Shown one piece after another: positions 1 through 10,164 of a DNA stretch of 64,000 nt. The number at the start of each line of letters is the position of its first letter. The stretch's first letter is position 1. A model generated the notes under the pieces. The model saw only the letters and a list, made by a program, of their open reading frames with translations, was not told the DNA's origin and did not search any database. This DNA is from Nanobdellota archaeon (GTDB lineage: Archaea > Aenigmatarchaeota > Aenigmatarchaeia > QMZP01), in NCBI GenBank assembly GCA_018816245.1, contig JAHIVW010000003.1:321453-385452 (forward strand), written 5' to 3'. The position numbers and the translations under genes were made by a program.

Positions 1-606
1 CCCGACAATCTTTGTATCGTTGGTGAACAATCCTGCACGTTTTGCCTTTTCTGCGTCAAGCAGGATAGCAATTGCATCCGGCACGGTCATGTAGCGGTTC
101 GCCTCTTTCTTGATATCCAATAACACGAGCGTGTGCATTCCGCGGTTCTTGTTCTGCCGAATCACGTCGTAGAAGCTCACGGGAACATACCCCTCTTCAC
201 CATACGCCAGCGTCACGGTCCTGCCGAATTTGTACGGCTGCAATCCGGTCTCCCCGATTGCAGAAAAAATGCTTGACCCGTGGATGGTGTGCACGGTAAT
301 CCCCTGGCGCCGCGCTTCAAGGACCAGTGATGCATGAGTCGTTGCACAGAGAGCGTCCCCGCCAACGAGGATGCCAATATTGGCCTTGAATGCCTCACTC
401 AGGATCTTCCCGCTCTTTTCCTCAAGGTCCGATCGTGTCACCTCAAGGACGGGCCGACCCAGGAACCGGGTAAGTTGCTCTGCATTTGTATTCATCTTCA
501 TGGTGTAGAACTCAACGTAGAGCTTGGCGCAGGTCTTGGCTGCAGTCACAGCTCGAGTACTCATGTCCTTCTCGTCGTGGAGGCCCATGCTGATGAGGTA
601 GAGCAT
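1..606 (-). CDS. dph5: Diphthine synthase (diphthamide methyltransferase); 3' end runs off the window
   Basis: Not in ORF track. Manual translation from ATG 606: MLYLISMGLHDEKDMS...YVEFYT...LVGGDALCATTH...IHGSSIFSAIGETGLQPYKFGRTVT...HTLVLLDI. Confidence 0.93.
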   Translation of the reverse strand, partial: MLYLISMGLHDEKDMSTRAVTAAKTCAKLYVEFYTMKMNTNAEQLTRFLGRPVLEVTRSDLEEKSGKILSEAFKANIGILVGGDALCATTHASLVLEARRQGITVHTIHGSSIFSAIGETGLQPYKFGRTVTLAYGEEGYVPVSFYDVIRQNKNRGMHTLVLLDIKKEANRYMTVPDAIAILLDAEKAKRAGLFTNDTKIVG

Positions 607-655
607 GGTATGCAGAAGCCTGGCAAGCTTTTTATCCCTTTTCCCAAGCAGATTC

Positions 656-1027
656 ATGCTCATTCGTGCGCTTGTGCTTGCTGAATCAGCTGCGCTGATT
701 GTCTTTGCCCTGCTTCCCAGCAGCTCGGTTCCTCCTGGCGATCCCACTGGGGGCGGCTACCTCTTCCATTTCCTCGCCTATACCATCTACGCAACACTCC
801 TCATCATCCTCTTCAGGAAATCCTCATCACAGAAGCGATTCTTCTTCACGCTCGGTATTGCCGTGCTTATGGGTATTCTCACCGAGGGGATTCAGAGTAT
901 TGTCCCGACCAGAAGCGCAGATCTCACAGACCTGCTTGCTGATGTCATTGGGGCGCTTGTAGGTGCCGTGGCTACGAGCGCACAAGCTCGATATCGAGGC
1001 CCATCACCTGCTTCGCGATCTTCTTGA
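656..1027 (+). CDS. VanZ-like family membrane protein
   Basis: HFLAY...EGIQSIVPTRSADLTDLLADVIG pattern typical of VanZ-like proteins; start moved to ATG 656. Confidence 0.7.
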   Translation: MLIRALVLAESAALIVFALLPSSSVPPGDPTGGGYLFHFLAYTIYATLLIILFRKSSSQKRFFFTLGIAVLMGILTEGIQSIVPTRSADLTDLLADVIGALVGAVATSAQARYRGPSPASRSS

Positions 1028-1457
1028 TTGTCACAGACTTCAGAAGCAGGGGTTTTCGAGAAACACGGACACGGAGCTGCTGGCTTCCTTTGGTATAAAG
1101 CATAGAAACTTGTTCAACAGTTCCTGGTCGAACCAGCGTCGTGAGCAGCTGATCACGGTCGTTGGTTTCCGGAACAAGGTGTACAGGCTTGCCAATCTTT
1201 TTTGAGAGTTCCTGGACCTGTTTTCCACCGCGACCGACAAGCAAGTGCATGCTTGATGGAGAACAGACCAGTACAAGGGCTTCAGGATACTCAAAAACAC
1301 GGTTAATCTGCACACGCCGGAACCGGGGAAGGGTCTTGCGAAGGCGAGTCACTTCTCTGAAGAGAGCAAGCTGCACCCGGGAAATCGTCCCCTTCTCAAC
1401 TGACGCCTGACACGCACGGCAGAGCAAATCAGATTCCTGACAAAAGGCACAAAGCAT
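972..1457 (-). CDS. NusA-like KH-domain protein with N-terminal Zn finger
   Basis: MLCAFC...LLCRAC Zn motif; KH GxxG loop LLVGRGGKQV; start ATG 1457. Confidence 0.7.
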   Translation of the reverse strand: MLCAFCQESDLLCRACQASVEKGTISRVQLALFREVTRLRKTLPRFRRVQINRVFEYPEALVLVCSPSSMHLLVGRGGKQVQELSKKIGKPVHLVPETNDRDQLLTTLVRPGTVEQVSMLYTKGSQQLRVRVSRKPLLLKSVTIKKIAKQVMGLDIELVRS

Positions 1458-1508
1458 ATCACTTGATCGTTGCTCAAGATTTATAACCTCCCACGTGAAG
1501 AGAGAGGT

Positions 1509-2318
1509 ATGGCCAATTACGAACAGCTCCTCAAGGAAGCCTTCCATTTTGGAACAGACTATCGCCGCTGGGGACCGTTGTTTGTGTTTCAGACCGTGCT
1601 GCTTATGATTGCCATTGTCTGGTTCTTGCCCTCATTTGTCATGCTGCTTTCTGCAACAGAAACAAGTGCTGTAGGAGGTATTCTCAATGCCCTGCTTGGC
1701 TTGCTTGGTCTTGGGATTGTTTGGGGACTCGGGACACTATGGTTCTCCCTCGCACTGACGAAGCAGGCGGCGGGAACGAGTTCTTGGGGAACGAGCGGCC
1801 GGTTCGCTGTACGAAAAATCCCGTGGGCAATCCTCTTGTTCATTCTCGTTATGGTTGTCGGCACTGCGGCATCGCTTGTGTCAGCGATCTTTATCCTTGT
1901 TCCACTCCAGTTTGCGGCCAGCATTGTCCTTTCTGTGCTTGTTGGGCTTGCCTTCTTCGTTGCCATCCCGTCGCTTGTTGTCCGGAACACAACTGGTATT
2001 GCGGCATTCAAGGAATCGATATCTCTCTTCCGGAAACACAAACTTTCCGTGCTGGTAGGATGGGCACTGATTACCTTCATTGGCAACTTGATCACAGGCA
2101 TTGTCTTCCTGATTGATGCAACAGTGTTGTGGCAGCTCATCGCTCCGGTGTTCCTCTCTTTGACTGACCCTGCGGTGATGGCGAGTATCTTTTCTTCAGT
2201 TCTCACCAATATCCCGTTGCTGGCGGTTCTTGGCATCATTACAATGATCGGGTTTTCGGTTGCAACTGCCTTCTCACTCGCTGCAACAACATTCTTTTAC
2301 AAACAGCTGAAGAAGTGA
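1509..2318 (+). CDS. Polytopic membrane protein, unknown function
   Basis: About 6 hydrophobic helices; GAGGT directly before ATG 1509. Confidence 0.7.
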   Translation: MANYEQLLKEAFHFGTDYRRWGPLFVFQTVLLMIAIVWFLPSFVMLLSATETSAVGGILNALLGLLGLGIVWGLGTLWFSLALTKQAAGTSSWGTSGRFAVRKIPWAILLFILVMVVGTAASLVSAIFILVPLQFAASIVLSVLVGLAFFVAIPSLVVRNTTGIAAFKESISLFRKHKLSVLVGWALITFIGNLITGIVFLIDATVLWQLIAPVFLSLTDPAVMASIFSSVLTNIPLLAVLGIITMIGFSVATAFSLAATTFFYKQLKK

Positions 2319-3344
2319 TTATTTCTTCAGAAATAATTCGAGTCGTGATTGACCTTTTTTTATTTTCGACAACTTTGCCAGTGAGCTGGAAACCCGTTCC
2401 TCAGAAAAGTCGTGTTCATGAACCAAGAGCTGTTTCACAGCGTCAAGGTCTTGTTTTCCTTTCGGAATGGCGTACTGTTCTGTGGGCGGATGTTTGAAGA
2501 AGTCAAACAAGTCCGCAATACTCATCGGGAAGGCCCACTCAACTGCAGCCTGCAGCGCTGTCGGTGTGGGGTGTTCCTTTACTGCTTTCAGTGCTTTCTT
2601 CGGACCGAATCCCAGAACACCGCCCGCATTATAATCTGTCCCAATTAAGATGCCAAGAAGGATGAGCTGGTCATGAGAGATAGTCAATGATTTCAAAACA
2701 TGGGACAACTGCACGAGCTCGGGAACAACCTCGACGTATAATTCCTTGCGCGGTACTTTCTTTCTTCCGGACACGGTGAGATTGCGGATGAGTCGCTCAG
2801 CACCAAATAATAATGAATCCCAGTCCTGTGACCCAACTGCCCAGACTTTGTTCTCTTGTGCCAACCGGACAGCTTGTGCTTCTCCTTCACTCGGTGCCTG
2901 AATCCACGCCACCCCAAGAGCGCTCAAAAGTTTCTTGGCTTCGTCTGCCATCTCTGGTGTCAGGCGGCTTGTCGCTTGTGCGTACATCCGAATCTTCTCA
3001 ACATCTCCTGTTTTCCGTGCGTGTTCAAGCTGCTCTGCTGCTGCTTCTTTGATCTTCCGTCGCTGGTTGAGGGTGTCCTGCTTCCAGGCGGGGGGTTTCC
3101 CGTCGAACACGTAGACCGGGGTCACCTCTGCTTCAAGGAGCCGAAGTGTCCGGTTAAAGAGTCCGGTCAGATGACTTGTTACCCTCCCTTCACGATCCCG
3201 GAGCGGTTCACCAGTGAACCGATCGCGAATCGTTGCGAGAAACTGGTACATTGTATTGTAGGCATCAATGGCAATGGTGTGACCACGAAGGTCGTCAAAG
3301 GTGATCGGTGTTGCTTCGATGAGTCCTGAGAAAGAGACTCCCAT
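2319..3344 (-). CDS. fen: Flap endonuclease 1
   Basis: IAIDAYNTMYQFL, VFDGKPP, APSEGEAQA, SQDWDSLLFG, GTDYN; C-terminal PIP box QSRLELF. Confidence 0.97.
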   Translation of the reverse strand: MGVSFSGLIEATPITFDDLRGHTIAIDAYNTMYQFLATIRDRFTGEPLRDREGRVTSHLTGLFNRTLRLLEAEVTPVYVFDGKPPAWKQDTLNQRRKIKEAAAEQLEHARKTGDVEKIRMYAQATSRLTPEMADEAKKLLSALGVAWIQAPSEGEAQAVRLAQENKVWAVGSQDWDSLLFGAERLIRNLTVSGRKKVPRKELYVEVVPELVQLSHVLKSLTISHDQLILLGILIGTDYNAGGVLGFGPKKALKAVKEHPTPTALQAAVEWAFPMSIADLFDFFKHPPTEQYAIPKGKQDLDAVKQLLVHEHDFSEERVSSSLAKLSKIKKGQSRLELFLKK

Positions 3345-3407
3345 GAAGTCTCCTTACACTCCTGAACTTAATATTGGTATATCTATGCACGCCACCAAAA
3401 TGGGGTT

Positions 3408-3959
3408 ATGCACATCAGTTTGCGTTCCAATTTCAGGACACAGAAGCTGGCCATATTCATCGTCAGTGCGATCATTACAGTTGTGATCATGACGACTCCC
3501 TGGTTCCAGGAGAGCTTACTCTCGCTCGGTGATCTTGGCCACATTGGTGCCTTCATCATCGGCTTCTTCTTCTCCTATGGCATGACCACCATTCCTGCCA
3601 TCGCTGCTTTTACTATCCTCGCCAAGACCATGAATCCATTTCTCCTCGCGCTTGTTGGTGCCTTTGGCGCAGTCCTCTCAGATTACCTCATTTTTCACAT
3701 TGTCAGGGACGATATTGTGACGATGGCCAAGATGAAGGCCTGGCGCATCCGAATCCATCCGAAATGGCACCTGATCCTGCACCTCCGCAAGCTGGCCCCC
3801 CTCCTTGGCGGGTTGATTCTTGCCTCACCGCTTCCGGACGAGGTTGCCATGGCAGTCTTCGGGGTAGGCCACCTCAAAAACAAGATGTGGCTTGCAATCA
3901 CCTTTACTGCGAAATTCTTCGCCATCCTCGTCATTGCGCTTGCTGCTCCCTTCTTCTAA
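3408..3959 (+). CDS. VTT/DedA-like membrane protein
   Basis: Hydrophobic helices; GAFGAVLSDY and ASPLPDE motifs. Confidence 0.55.
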   Translation: MHISLRSNFRTQKLAIFIVSAIITVVIMTTPWFQESLLSLGDLGHIGAFIIGFFFSYGMTTIPAIAAFTILAKTMNPFLLALVGAFGAVLSDYLIFHIVRDDIVTMAKMKAWRIRIHPKWHLILHLRKLAPLLGGLILASPLPDEVAMAVFGVGHLKNKMWLAITFTAKFFAILVIALAAPFF

Positions 3960-3993
3960 AGCTTTTTGTAGGTTTGCACCCAAACAAGAAGGT

Positions 3994-4251
3994 ATGAGTG
4001 CGTTTATCCAGATCCTCGGGTTCATTATCTTCATATTGGGGATTGTTGGTGTTGTGATCGGCAGTGTGGCAGGCTTTGCTGTTGAGGGTGCGATTCAGGA
4101 ACTCTCAGCAAACCCTGATTTCCAGGAGTTCTCTTCTGTTGCAGAAGGTGTTGCAGGGTTTGCAGGTTGGATCTCCTTGCTCATCCAAGTCATTGGAGCA
4201 GGAAACCTCCTCGCTGGGATTGCGATCATTGCAATCGGGCGGCGTGTCTAA
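3994..4251 (+). CDS. Small 2-TM membrane protein
   Basis: ATG 3994 after AAGGT; two hydrophobic helices. Confidence 0.55.
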   Translation: MSAFIQILGFIIFILGIVGVVIGSVAGFAVEGAIQELSANPDFQEFSSVAEGVAGFAGWISLLIQVIGAGNLLAGIAIIAIGRRV

Positions 4252-4526
4252 AGGAGTTCACTAATCAGGCCTGCCAGCTTCACGTCTGCACTTGTCACCC
4301 CACCAACAGAACGAGTCCGGAGCCGAAGCATGACCTTGTTGAATTGAATCGTCATCTCTGGATGGTGATTATATTCAACAGCGAGCTCTGACACCTCTTC
4401 AACAAAGACCATGGCTTCCTTGAAATCGTAGAAGGACACGGTCCGGGCAAGCGCGTTCCGTTCTGCGCGCCATCCCGGGACCAACAGAATCTTTTTCTTC
4501 AGTTCTGCTGGGGTGTATTTCTTCAT
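4248..4526 (-). CDS. Pterin-4-alpha-carbinolamine dehydratase family protein
   Basis: GW...FYDFKEAMVF...NHHPEM...GGVTSAD.KLA. Confidence 0.85.
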   Translation of the reverse strand: MKKYTPAELKKKILLVPGWRAERNALARTVSFYDFKEAMVFVEEVSELAVEYNHHPEMTIQFNKVMLRLRTRSVGGVTSADVKLAGLISELL

Positions 4527-5818
4527 GCTTTCTCAGGGAACTGTGATTTCCGGAGGATTTTCCCGGCCTCCCGGATGAACTTGCGGACATATTCCCGCTG
4601 TGCCAGAATATCGTTCTTGGGAATCGACAGGATCTTCCCCCGTTTAATTAACTTCCGCATCTTGTCGAGGTTGGTCAGAACCTCGAGATAGTGTTCTGGA
4701 ACCGTGTGAGTTGTTATCAGGTGCTTCTTGAAGGTAAGGTTGAATGACTCTGATGCTGCCGGTCGTTTCCCCATGGATCGCATCAAGGTCATCGCTGTTT
4801 CGGTCATAATTGCATATGATTTCTGGACCATGCTCTCCCGTTTCAAGATCTCGATCTTCACAATCAACGATCTCATTTTGGAGACGAACTTGTCTGCAAC
4901 ACTGATCCATTTGTCGAGTTGTGCCCCTGTCATGAACTTAATGCGCTTGTGTTCAACTCCCTTTCGAATCTCAATCACGTCTTCGAGTTGTTTGACATCA
5001 TGCTCGGTCATGAGCTTCATTGGAACGAGGATCTTGCGGAGTTCTTTGGGTGCGTCAACAGGCCGTGGTGGGGTCTTGCCCAGAAACATCAGGACAGCTT
5101 GCGCACTTTCGAGCATCGCATAGTAGAGATCCTCCACAACCATGTACATTTTTGCGTTTTTGACGCGTCGGATTCGTTGTGGACCGCGATCGATGAACTT
5201 CTCAACCGCTTCCTTGCTTGGCCGGATCTCGCCCATTTGTAAAAGGCGCTTGATGGGAAGGAAAATATCCTTGTCATAGACCGGCACGCCTTCCCGGATG
5301 AAATTAAAGACGATAGGGTGCCCTTCGCGAACGAGCCGCCAGAACTCGGTCAGGGTATAGGGTTGTTGAATCGAAAGATGCTTGGAACACGCTTTTGCAA
5401 TATCCTCGATCTCCCATTCGATCTTGTCCCGAAGGGCTGGGGTGAGGCGCTGCCGGGTATCGTCAATAATCATGAAGACGTCAATGTCAGACTCGCCTCG
5501 CTCTGTTCCCCGGGCAGTCGACCCGAAGAGGACAATCGACCGGATCACGGATCCGTGTTTCTTCAGGACCTCGGAGGTGAATTTCTTGAGAATTTCAATG
5601 CGTTTTTTCTTGTCAATTTCGTCTGGTTCCTTCTTCTTCTCTTTTGCATCGTCACGAGGCTTCCGTTCCAAGGCCGCATTAATTGCCTTTTCTTCCGAAG
5701 AGCCCGCTCGTTCAGCTGCCTCCTCTAGCGGAACTCCCAGATCTTCAACCTTCTCAGGCTGGTCAGGTCGGTCAACCCGCTCCTTGGGTTCATTTATGAA
5801 CTTCTTGCGAGTAACCAT
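4523..5818 (-). CDS. Nucleotidyltransferase (MNT/pol-beta-like) fused to HEPN-like helical domain(s)
   Basis: LFGSTARG...SDIDV NTase motif; LYYAMLESAQAVL and RKGVEH (RX4H) HEPN-like motifs; start ATG 5818. Confidence 0.8.
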   Translation of the reverse strand: MVTRKKFINEPKERVDRPDQPEKVEDLGVPLEEAAERAGSSEEKAINAALERKPRDDAKEKKKEPDEIDKKKRIEILKKFTSEVLKKHGSVIRSIVLFGSTARGTERGESDIDVFMIIDDTRQRLTPALRDKIEWEIEDIAKACSKHLSIQQPYTLTEFWRLVREGHPIVFNFIREGVPVYDKDIFLPIKRLLQMGEIRPSKEAVEKFIDRGPQRIRRVKNAKMYMVVEDLYYAMLESAQAVLMFLGKTPPRPVDAPKELRKILVPMKLMTEHDVKQLEDVIEIRKGVEHKRIKFMTGAQLDKWISVADKFVSKMRSLIVKIEILKRESMVQKSYAIMTETAMTLMRSMGKRPAASESFNLTFKKHLITTHTVPEHYLEVLTNLDKMRKLIKRGKILSIPKNDILAQREYVRKFIREAGKILRKSQFPEKA

Positions 5819-5850
5819 ATGGTACTCCTTCCGTAAGGAGACATAAAAGG

Positions 5851-7761
5851 CTACCGGAACTCGCCGCGTTTCCACTGTTCTGGCTTCTTTCCTTTCTGCA
5901 ACACTTCTCGGGAGAGCATGGTCCAGTCCTCCTCGGGGATCTGCAGGAGATCCTTCAGTGGCTCCCATGCCTTATCGCGAATGATTGCCCGCTGGCGCTC
6001 AATGTCACCTGCTGTCAATCCTTTCATCCCAAAGAATTCCATGGGGAGATTTTCTGGTTTCACGAGTTTCTCGGCATACTTTGCAACTTCCCGGAGGACA
6101 TCAACGGATTTCTGAAAAGGATCTTGTGCCCCGCCGCGTTCGAACATAAGGAAGGCGGTTTGTTTCTTTCCCAATCCTGTCTTGCAAAGATTGTAAATCA
6201 GTTCGTACAGTTCGATGTCGCCAATCTCAAGCGGGTTGTGTGGGTGAAGAGGATTTGGGTGGTTCGCATGCACGGAGATTACGATTTCACCGAAATCTGG
6301 TCGCGTCAGCACGTCCTTTCGGCTTTCGACGAGCACATCAACGCCTTGTGTCGCAATATGTTCATTATCCACTATCATCATCACATGGTTCGTGTTGAGA
6401 GTCTTTTGCAGCGTCTTGATAAGCGCATACATTTGTTTGGGACGCCAGATGAAGTACAAACCAGCGTACTGCGCTTCACGCGCATCGGGGTTTTCGAGAC
6501 CAATGATTAAATTCCGCGCGTTTTGTGTCAAGGTTTCGATTTCCTTTTTCTTTTCCGTGGCAGAGAGGTTCGTACTGTTCACTGCCTCGGGGATCTCCTT
6601 CTTAATAAGGACATGTTCAATCCAGTGAAAGGCGTCCCGCAAGTGCCCTTCAATAAATTTCGCACAAATGGCTGCATAAAAGAATTCCTTGAACTCTCGG
6701 TCGTTCGTGTCTTCTGCCTTCTGCCATGCATTCTCAAGCCACCGTTTATCACTATAATCGAGTTTGTATCGCTGCATCAATTCTGGGTATTCCTTAGTCA
6801 TGGCAACCCATTGCGGATCCTTGGTGTAGAAGAGGTAGTGTCCCATAATGTGGTACCCGTCCAACATCCCAACCGGTGCCCGGCGGAGCTCTTCGGATTC
6901 CCAGGGATCTCCCTCCATGAACTTCTCCCGAAGGAAGTTGTCAATCTCCTCCTTCTGAATTTCTGCATTCTTTTCAACCGTGGCCTTGCGAAGTCGCTCA
7001 AAAATATCCTCAACAATTCGATCGAGCTTTGCGTGCCGTGTTTTCCGGGGGATCCCGCGGATGATTGCCGCTTCGATGAAGTCTTCAACAAATTCTTCAT
7101 AGTTCAGATTCCTAGTTCCGCGAGGACTGGAAATTTGAATACCTTCGATGAGTTCTTTGTACGGCGCAAGTTCGCTGCGAAGGCGGTGGTCGGTCTCTTC
7201 CCGCTTCCACCGATCTTCCCGCAACTGATACCGACTTGAGATCACTGTTTGTTCCTCACGGTTGACAATATCTCCATAGTAGATATCGCCTTTCTTCCGA
7301 ATGAACCATTCCCGGAGATCTTCGTTCTCTTTGAGGATGGTTTTGATAAACCGGCCCATGTGATCACAAAAACTCATGGTAAGTTTTCGACCGGTATAGG
7401 TGACGAGTTCAAGCCAGATGTTCAGACATGCGTGAAAATCAATATACTTTGCGCCAAGGTAGACAGCAGACCGCAATGACTTGTATACTCGATCTTGTGC
7501 ATCACGCCATTCGCCTCGCTCGGGGATTTCAAACGGAACAGTCAAATCACCATGGAATGCGAGGGTAACACCCTGTTTTTTGGCAATATGTCGGATCTCG
7601 TAACCTTGGGTGTAGGGGACCTCGTGGGCAACGTCTGCTGCAAGTTCCATAGAAGAGGTTCCTCGGGTGAGGGTGTAGCCGAGCTTCCGCATGATCGTGG
7701 AGAGTTCTTCACTCCGAGCAGCGTAATAGATGCCGCTCGTCACACCGACTTTGAGTGCCAT
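5851..7761 (-). CDS. Large TIM-barrel metalloprotein (xylose isomerase/AP endonuclease 2-like) with long helical insertion
   Basis: AFHG, DFHA, LENP, VDNEH, SVHANH, HNPL and FERGG metal-ligand pattern. Confidence 0.6.
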   Translation of the reverse strand: MALKVGVTSGIYYAARSEELSTIMRKLGYTLTRGTSSMELAADVAHEVPYTQGYEIRHIAKKQGVTLAFHGDLTVPFEIPERGEWRDAQDRVYKSLRSAVYLGAKYIDFHACLNIWLELVTYTGRKLTMSFCDHMGRFIKTILKENEDLREWFIRKKGDIYYGDIVNREEQTVISSRYQLREDRWKREETDHRLRSELAPYKELIEGIQISSPRGTRNLNYEEFVEDFIEAAIIRGIPRKTRHAKLDRIVEDIFERLRKATVEKNAEIQKEEIDNFLREKFMEGDPWESEELRRAPVGMLDGYHIMGHYLFYTKDPQWVAMTKEYPELMQRYKLDYSDKRWLENAWQKAEDTNDREFKEFFYAAICAKFIEGHLRDAFHWIEHVLIKKEIPEAVNSTNLSATEKKKEIETLTQNARNLIIGLENPDAREAQYAGLYFIWRPKQMYALIKTLQKTLNTNHVMMIVDNEHIATQGVDVLVESRKDVLTRPDFGEIVISVHANHPNPLHPHNPLEIGDIELYELIYNLCKTGLGKKQTAFLMFERGGAQDPFQKSVDVLREVAKYAEKLVKPENLPMEFFGMKGLTAGDIERQRAIIRDKAWEPLKDLLQIPEEDWTMLSREVLQKGKKPEQWKRGEFR

Positions 7762-7762
7762 A

Positions 7763-9367
7763 CTACTTGATCCTCATCCATCCTTCAAGCAGCTTGACCA
7801 CATCACTGTAAATCGGTCCCATCTCACGAAAATACATCTTCGTCATCCGCTCGTAATAGATGGACTCATAGGGACCTCGTCGCACAAATCGGTAAAAGAT
7901 GAATTCAAAACCAGTTTTGATCGCACGACCGATCCTTCTGTATGGTTTCAGTTTCGCGCTTATCCGTTTCCGACGTCCCGGAACCTCTGGCTCAAACTCT
8001 TTTTCAATATTTTCGAGGACGTTCTCCTCGCTCCTGCGGGAACCAATGATCTCTTCAATATATTTGTCAAAGGCTTTTTCGCGTGCCTTGAGCTCGATGA
8101 GGAAAACCAAAAGAATGTTCTGGGAGATGATATACGTATCAAAAGGAATGAACATGAGGTTATCTGTCTCAAACCCTTCTGGCGGCGGAGCCTTGACGAG
8201 GCTGAGAAGAATGTGCATGTCAAAGAAGACGTAGTACAGGGCTGATGGATCCATCATTGGGAAGTACTGAGAATAATTGGGATCTGTCGCGTTTTCGAGA
8301 ATTGTTTTCACGTCCTCGTTCGTTATCTCCACGTTGTAATGTTCCTCAATTCTTTTTTGCCACTCCTTCACAACGTCGTCATAAGGATGAATGACCCACT
8401 TCGCGCTGCCTTTTGATACTTCAGCATAGGCCTCTGCTTTCCGTCGTTCCGGGACAGTAACCGCCCGCCAGCACCAGAGCCGTACGGCACTGAGTGCTTG
8501 TGATTGTCCCCAGCCCGGGGTGATGTTCGGTTCCGTTAACCACTCGCCAGCATTGTCTTCCTGTTTTTCACGGATCATTTTAAAGCGGGCGATGTACGGC
8601 TTCAGCCACGTTCGGTAGGCATCGATTGATTGGCGCCGGGAACGAAGTAGGGTATCAATGCGAGAGTAGCGTTCCTTAAGGTTGGGGAGAAAGAGCCGCA
8701 CCCACTCTCGGTAGAGCTCGTTCTTTGTTTTCAGGACCGTTGCCTCGGCTTGCGTGACATCGAGTTCCTTCCGGATGGTGTCGATATTGTCCCACCCACT
8801 CTTCATCCGGATGAAATCAGTGATAATGGTCGGCCAGCGCCGGACCATGGTAATCATGGAGTAGTTTTCCCCGGTAAATGCGTCAACCCGGTCGACGAAG
8901 ACGTTCCGAAGGACGTGTTCATCGCCGGTGTGTTTTGCGGTCTTGAAGTAATCGAGCATCTCCCGGTAGCGACGGGCATCATGTGCCAGGAGCTCGTAAT
9001 CAGCGACTGCCTGCGCTGCTGACTGGAGACCCTGTTTGATTGCTCCTTCGAGCTTCTGTTTCTGCGTAACGGTGATATTATAGTAATCTGCATAGGTGGG
9101 GGTGACCTCAAGCCACTCATCCACCTTTTTGACCGTGAATTTCATTTTCGGAAGTTTGTTGATGAGGGCGTGGTAAATCCCGTACGCGCTCCCGCGGAGA
9201 CCAGTATAGTCAAGGGTCGTTGTCATTTCTTTGGGTGCACCGATCACATAGTTTCCCACATGCCTGTAGCTCGCCTGCTGCTTCGAAATAAGTTCATCGA
9301 CAACCAATTTTTCTGTCGGTGGTTTCATGTCTGGCTTCTGAGCGAGCTGCTGAGGGTTGCGATCCAT
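7763..9367 (-). CDS. Hypothetical protein (534 aa, helical/coiled-coil)
   Basis: Long ORF, 1-nt gap to the downstream gene; no recognised motif. Confidence 0.75.
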   Translation of the reverse strand: MDRNPQQLAQKPDMKPPTEKLVVDELISKQQASYRHVGNYVIGAPKEMTTTLDYTGLRGSAYGIYHALINKLPKMKFTVKKVDEWLEVTPTYADYYNITVTQKQKLEGAIKQGLQSAAQAVADYELLAHDARRYREMLDYFKTAKHTGDEHVLRNVFVDRVDAFTGENYSMITMVRRWPTIITDFIRMKSGWDNIDTIRKELDVTQAEATVLKTKNELYREWVRLFLPNLKERYSRIDTLLRSRRQSIDAYRTWLKPYIARFKMIREKQEDNAGEWLTEPNITPGWGQSQALSAVRLWCWRAVTVPERRKAEAYAEVSKGSAKWVIHPYDDVVKEWQKRIEEHYNVEITNEDVKTILENATDPNYSQYFPMMDPSALYYVFFDMHILLSLVKAPPPEGFETDNLMFIPFDTYIISQNILLVFLIELKAREKAFDKYIEEIIGSRRSEENVLENIEKEFEPEVPGRRKRISAKLKPYRRIGRAIKTGFEFIFYRFVRRGPYESIYYERMTKMYFREMGPIYSDVVKLLEGWMRIK

Positions 9368-9410
9368 AGGTATCCCATCTCTTAGTTAGCGGCTATTCCA
9401 TAAAAGGGTT

Positions 9411-9596
9411 CTAGAGGAAGAAAAACGCCCCCGCAAGCATGAGGAAGATAATACCAAGGATAATACCCGTTGTGGAGAATGTTGAGCCCTGATGTTCAGC
9501 TGTCCCGGGGAAGAAGAAAACAAGAAAAACCCCAAGAAGCAGGAGGATAACCCCAACAACACCCCCAGTTAACCCAAAGAGGACCATATACTTCAT
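9411..9596 (-). CDS. Small 2-TM membrane protein
   Basis: Two hydrophobic helices; same orientation as the downstream operon. Confidence 0.65.
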   Translation of the reverse strand: MKYMVLFGLTGGVVGVILLLLGVFLVFFFPGTAEHQGSTFSTTGIILGIIFLMLAGAFFFL

Positions 9597-9640
9597 ATTT
9601 ATGCGGATCTCGTTAAAATATACCCAGGAACGGTGAGAAC

Positions 9641-10162
9641 ATGGTCTTTGCGCGTGCCAAGCTGTTAATGGAGGATCAATGCTTTGATGAAGATCCGGGA
9701 ACCGTGGAAATCAAGTTGATTGGCCCTGACCTGCAGACTATGTATCAGAAGTGCTACGACTTACTGAAATCCGTTTTCAATGTTCCTGACGCTGATATTC
9801 AGGAAACTAATTATAGTTGGGGAAAGAGTGAGAAGGGGGACAAGTTCAAAGTTCGGTGGTGGCTCCACAAGGATCTTGATTTGTTTTCCTATTTCTACAT
9901 CAGATTCGAACTCGCGGGAGAAGGGAACGAGAAACAGGGGAACCTGATGGTCCGGATCCGTGGGCTTCTTCGAACAGAGTACCCACAAGACACACTCTGG
10001 CAACGATCGCTCTTCTACGAGATGCTCCGGGTGTTCTGGCACCGGATTTTCTATCACCGGCGACGAGAAATTTATGCAGAGGAATGTCGTCATGGCATTG
10101 TTCTCTACCAGAAGAAAGTCAAGGCGCTCTTTACAAAACTCACCGAAAAGAAGGAGGTGTAA
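9641..10162 (+). CDS. Hypothetical protein, paralog of 10165..10677
   Basis: GGTGAG SD; visible similarity to the next ORF. Confidence 0.75.
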   Translation: MVFARAKLLMEDQCFDEDPGTVEIKLIGPDLQTMYQKCYDLLKSVFNVPDADIQETNYSWGKSEKGDKFKVRWWLHKDLDLFSYFYIRFELAGEGNEKQGNLMVRIRGLLRTEYPQDTLWQRSLFYEMLRVFWHRIFYHRRREIYAEECRHGIVLYQKKVKALFTKLTEKKEV

Positions 10163-10164
10163 TC

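Noticed and set aside
972..1027. Convergent 3' overlaps (vanZ-like/nusA-like; also 62425-62462)
   Set aside because: Ordinary for a compact genome
1589..2239. Long antisense or alternative-frame ORFs (also 6523..7239, 18104..18880, 58774..59745, 62459..63328, 63304..63987)
   Set aside because: Shadow frames of well-supported genes, with no motifs or SD
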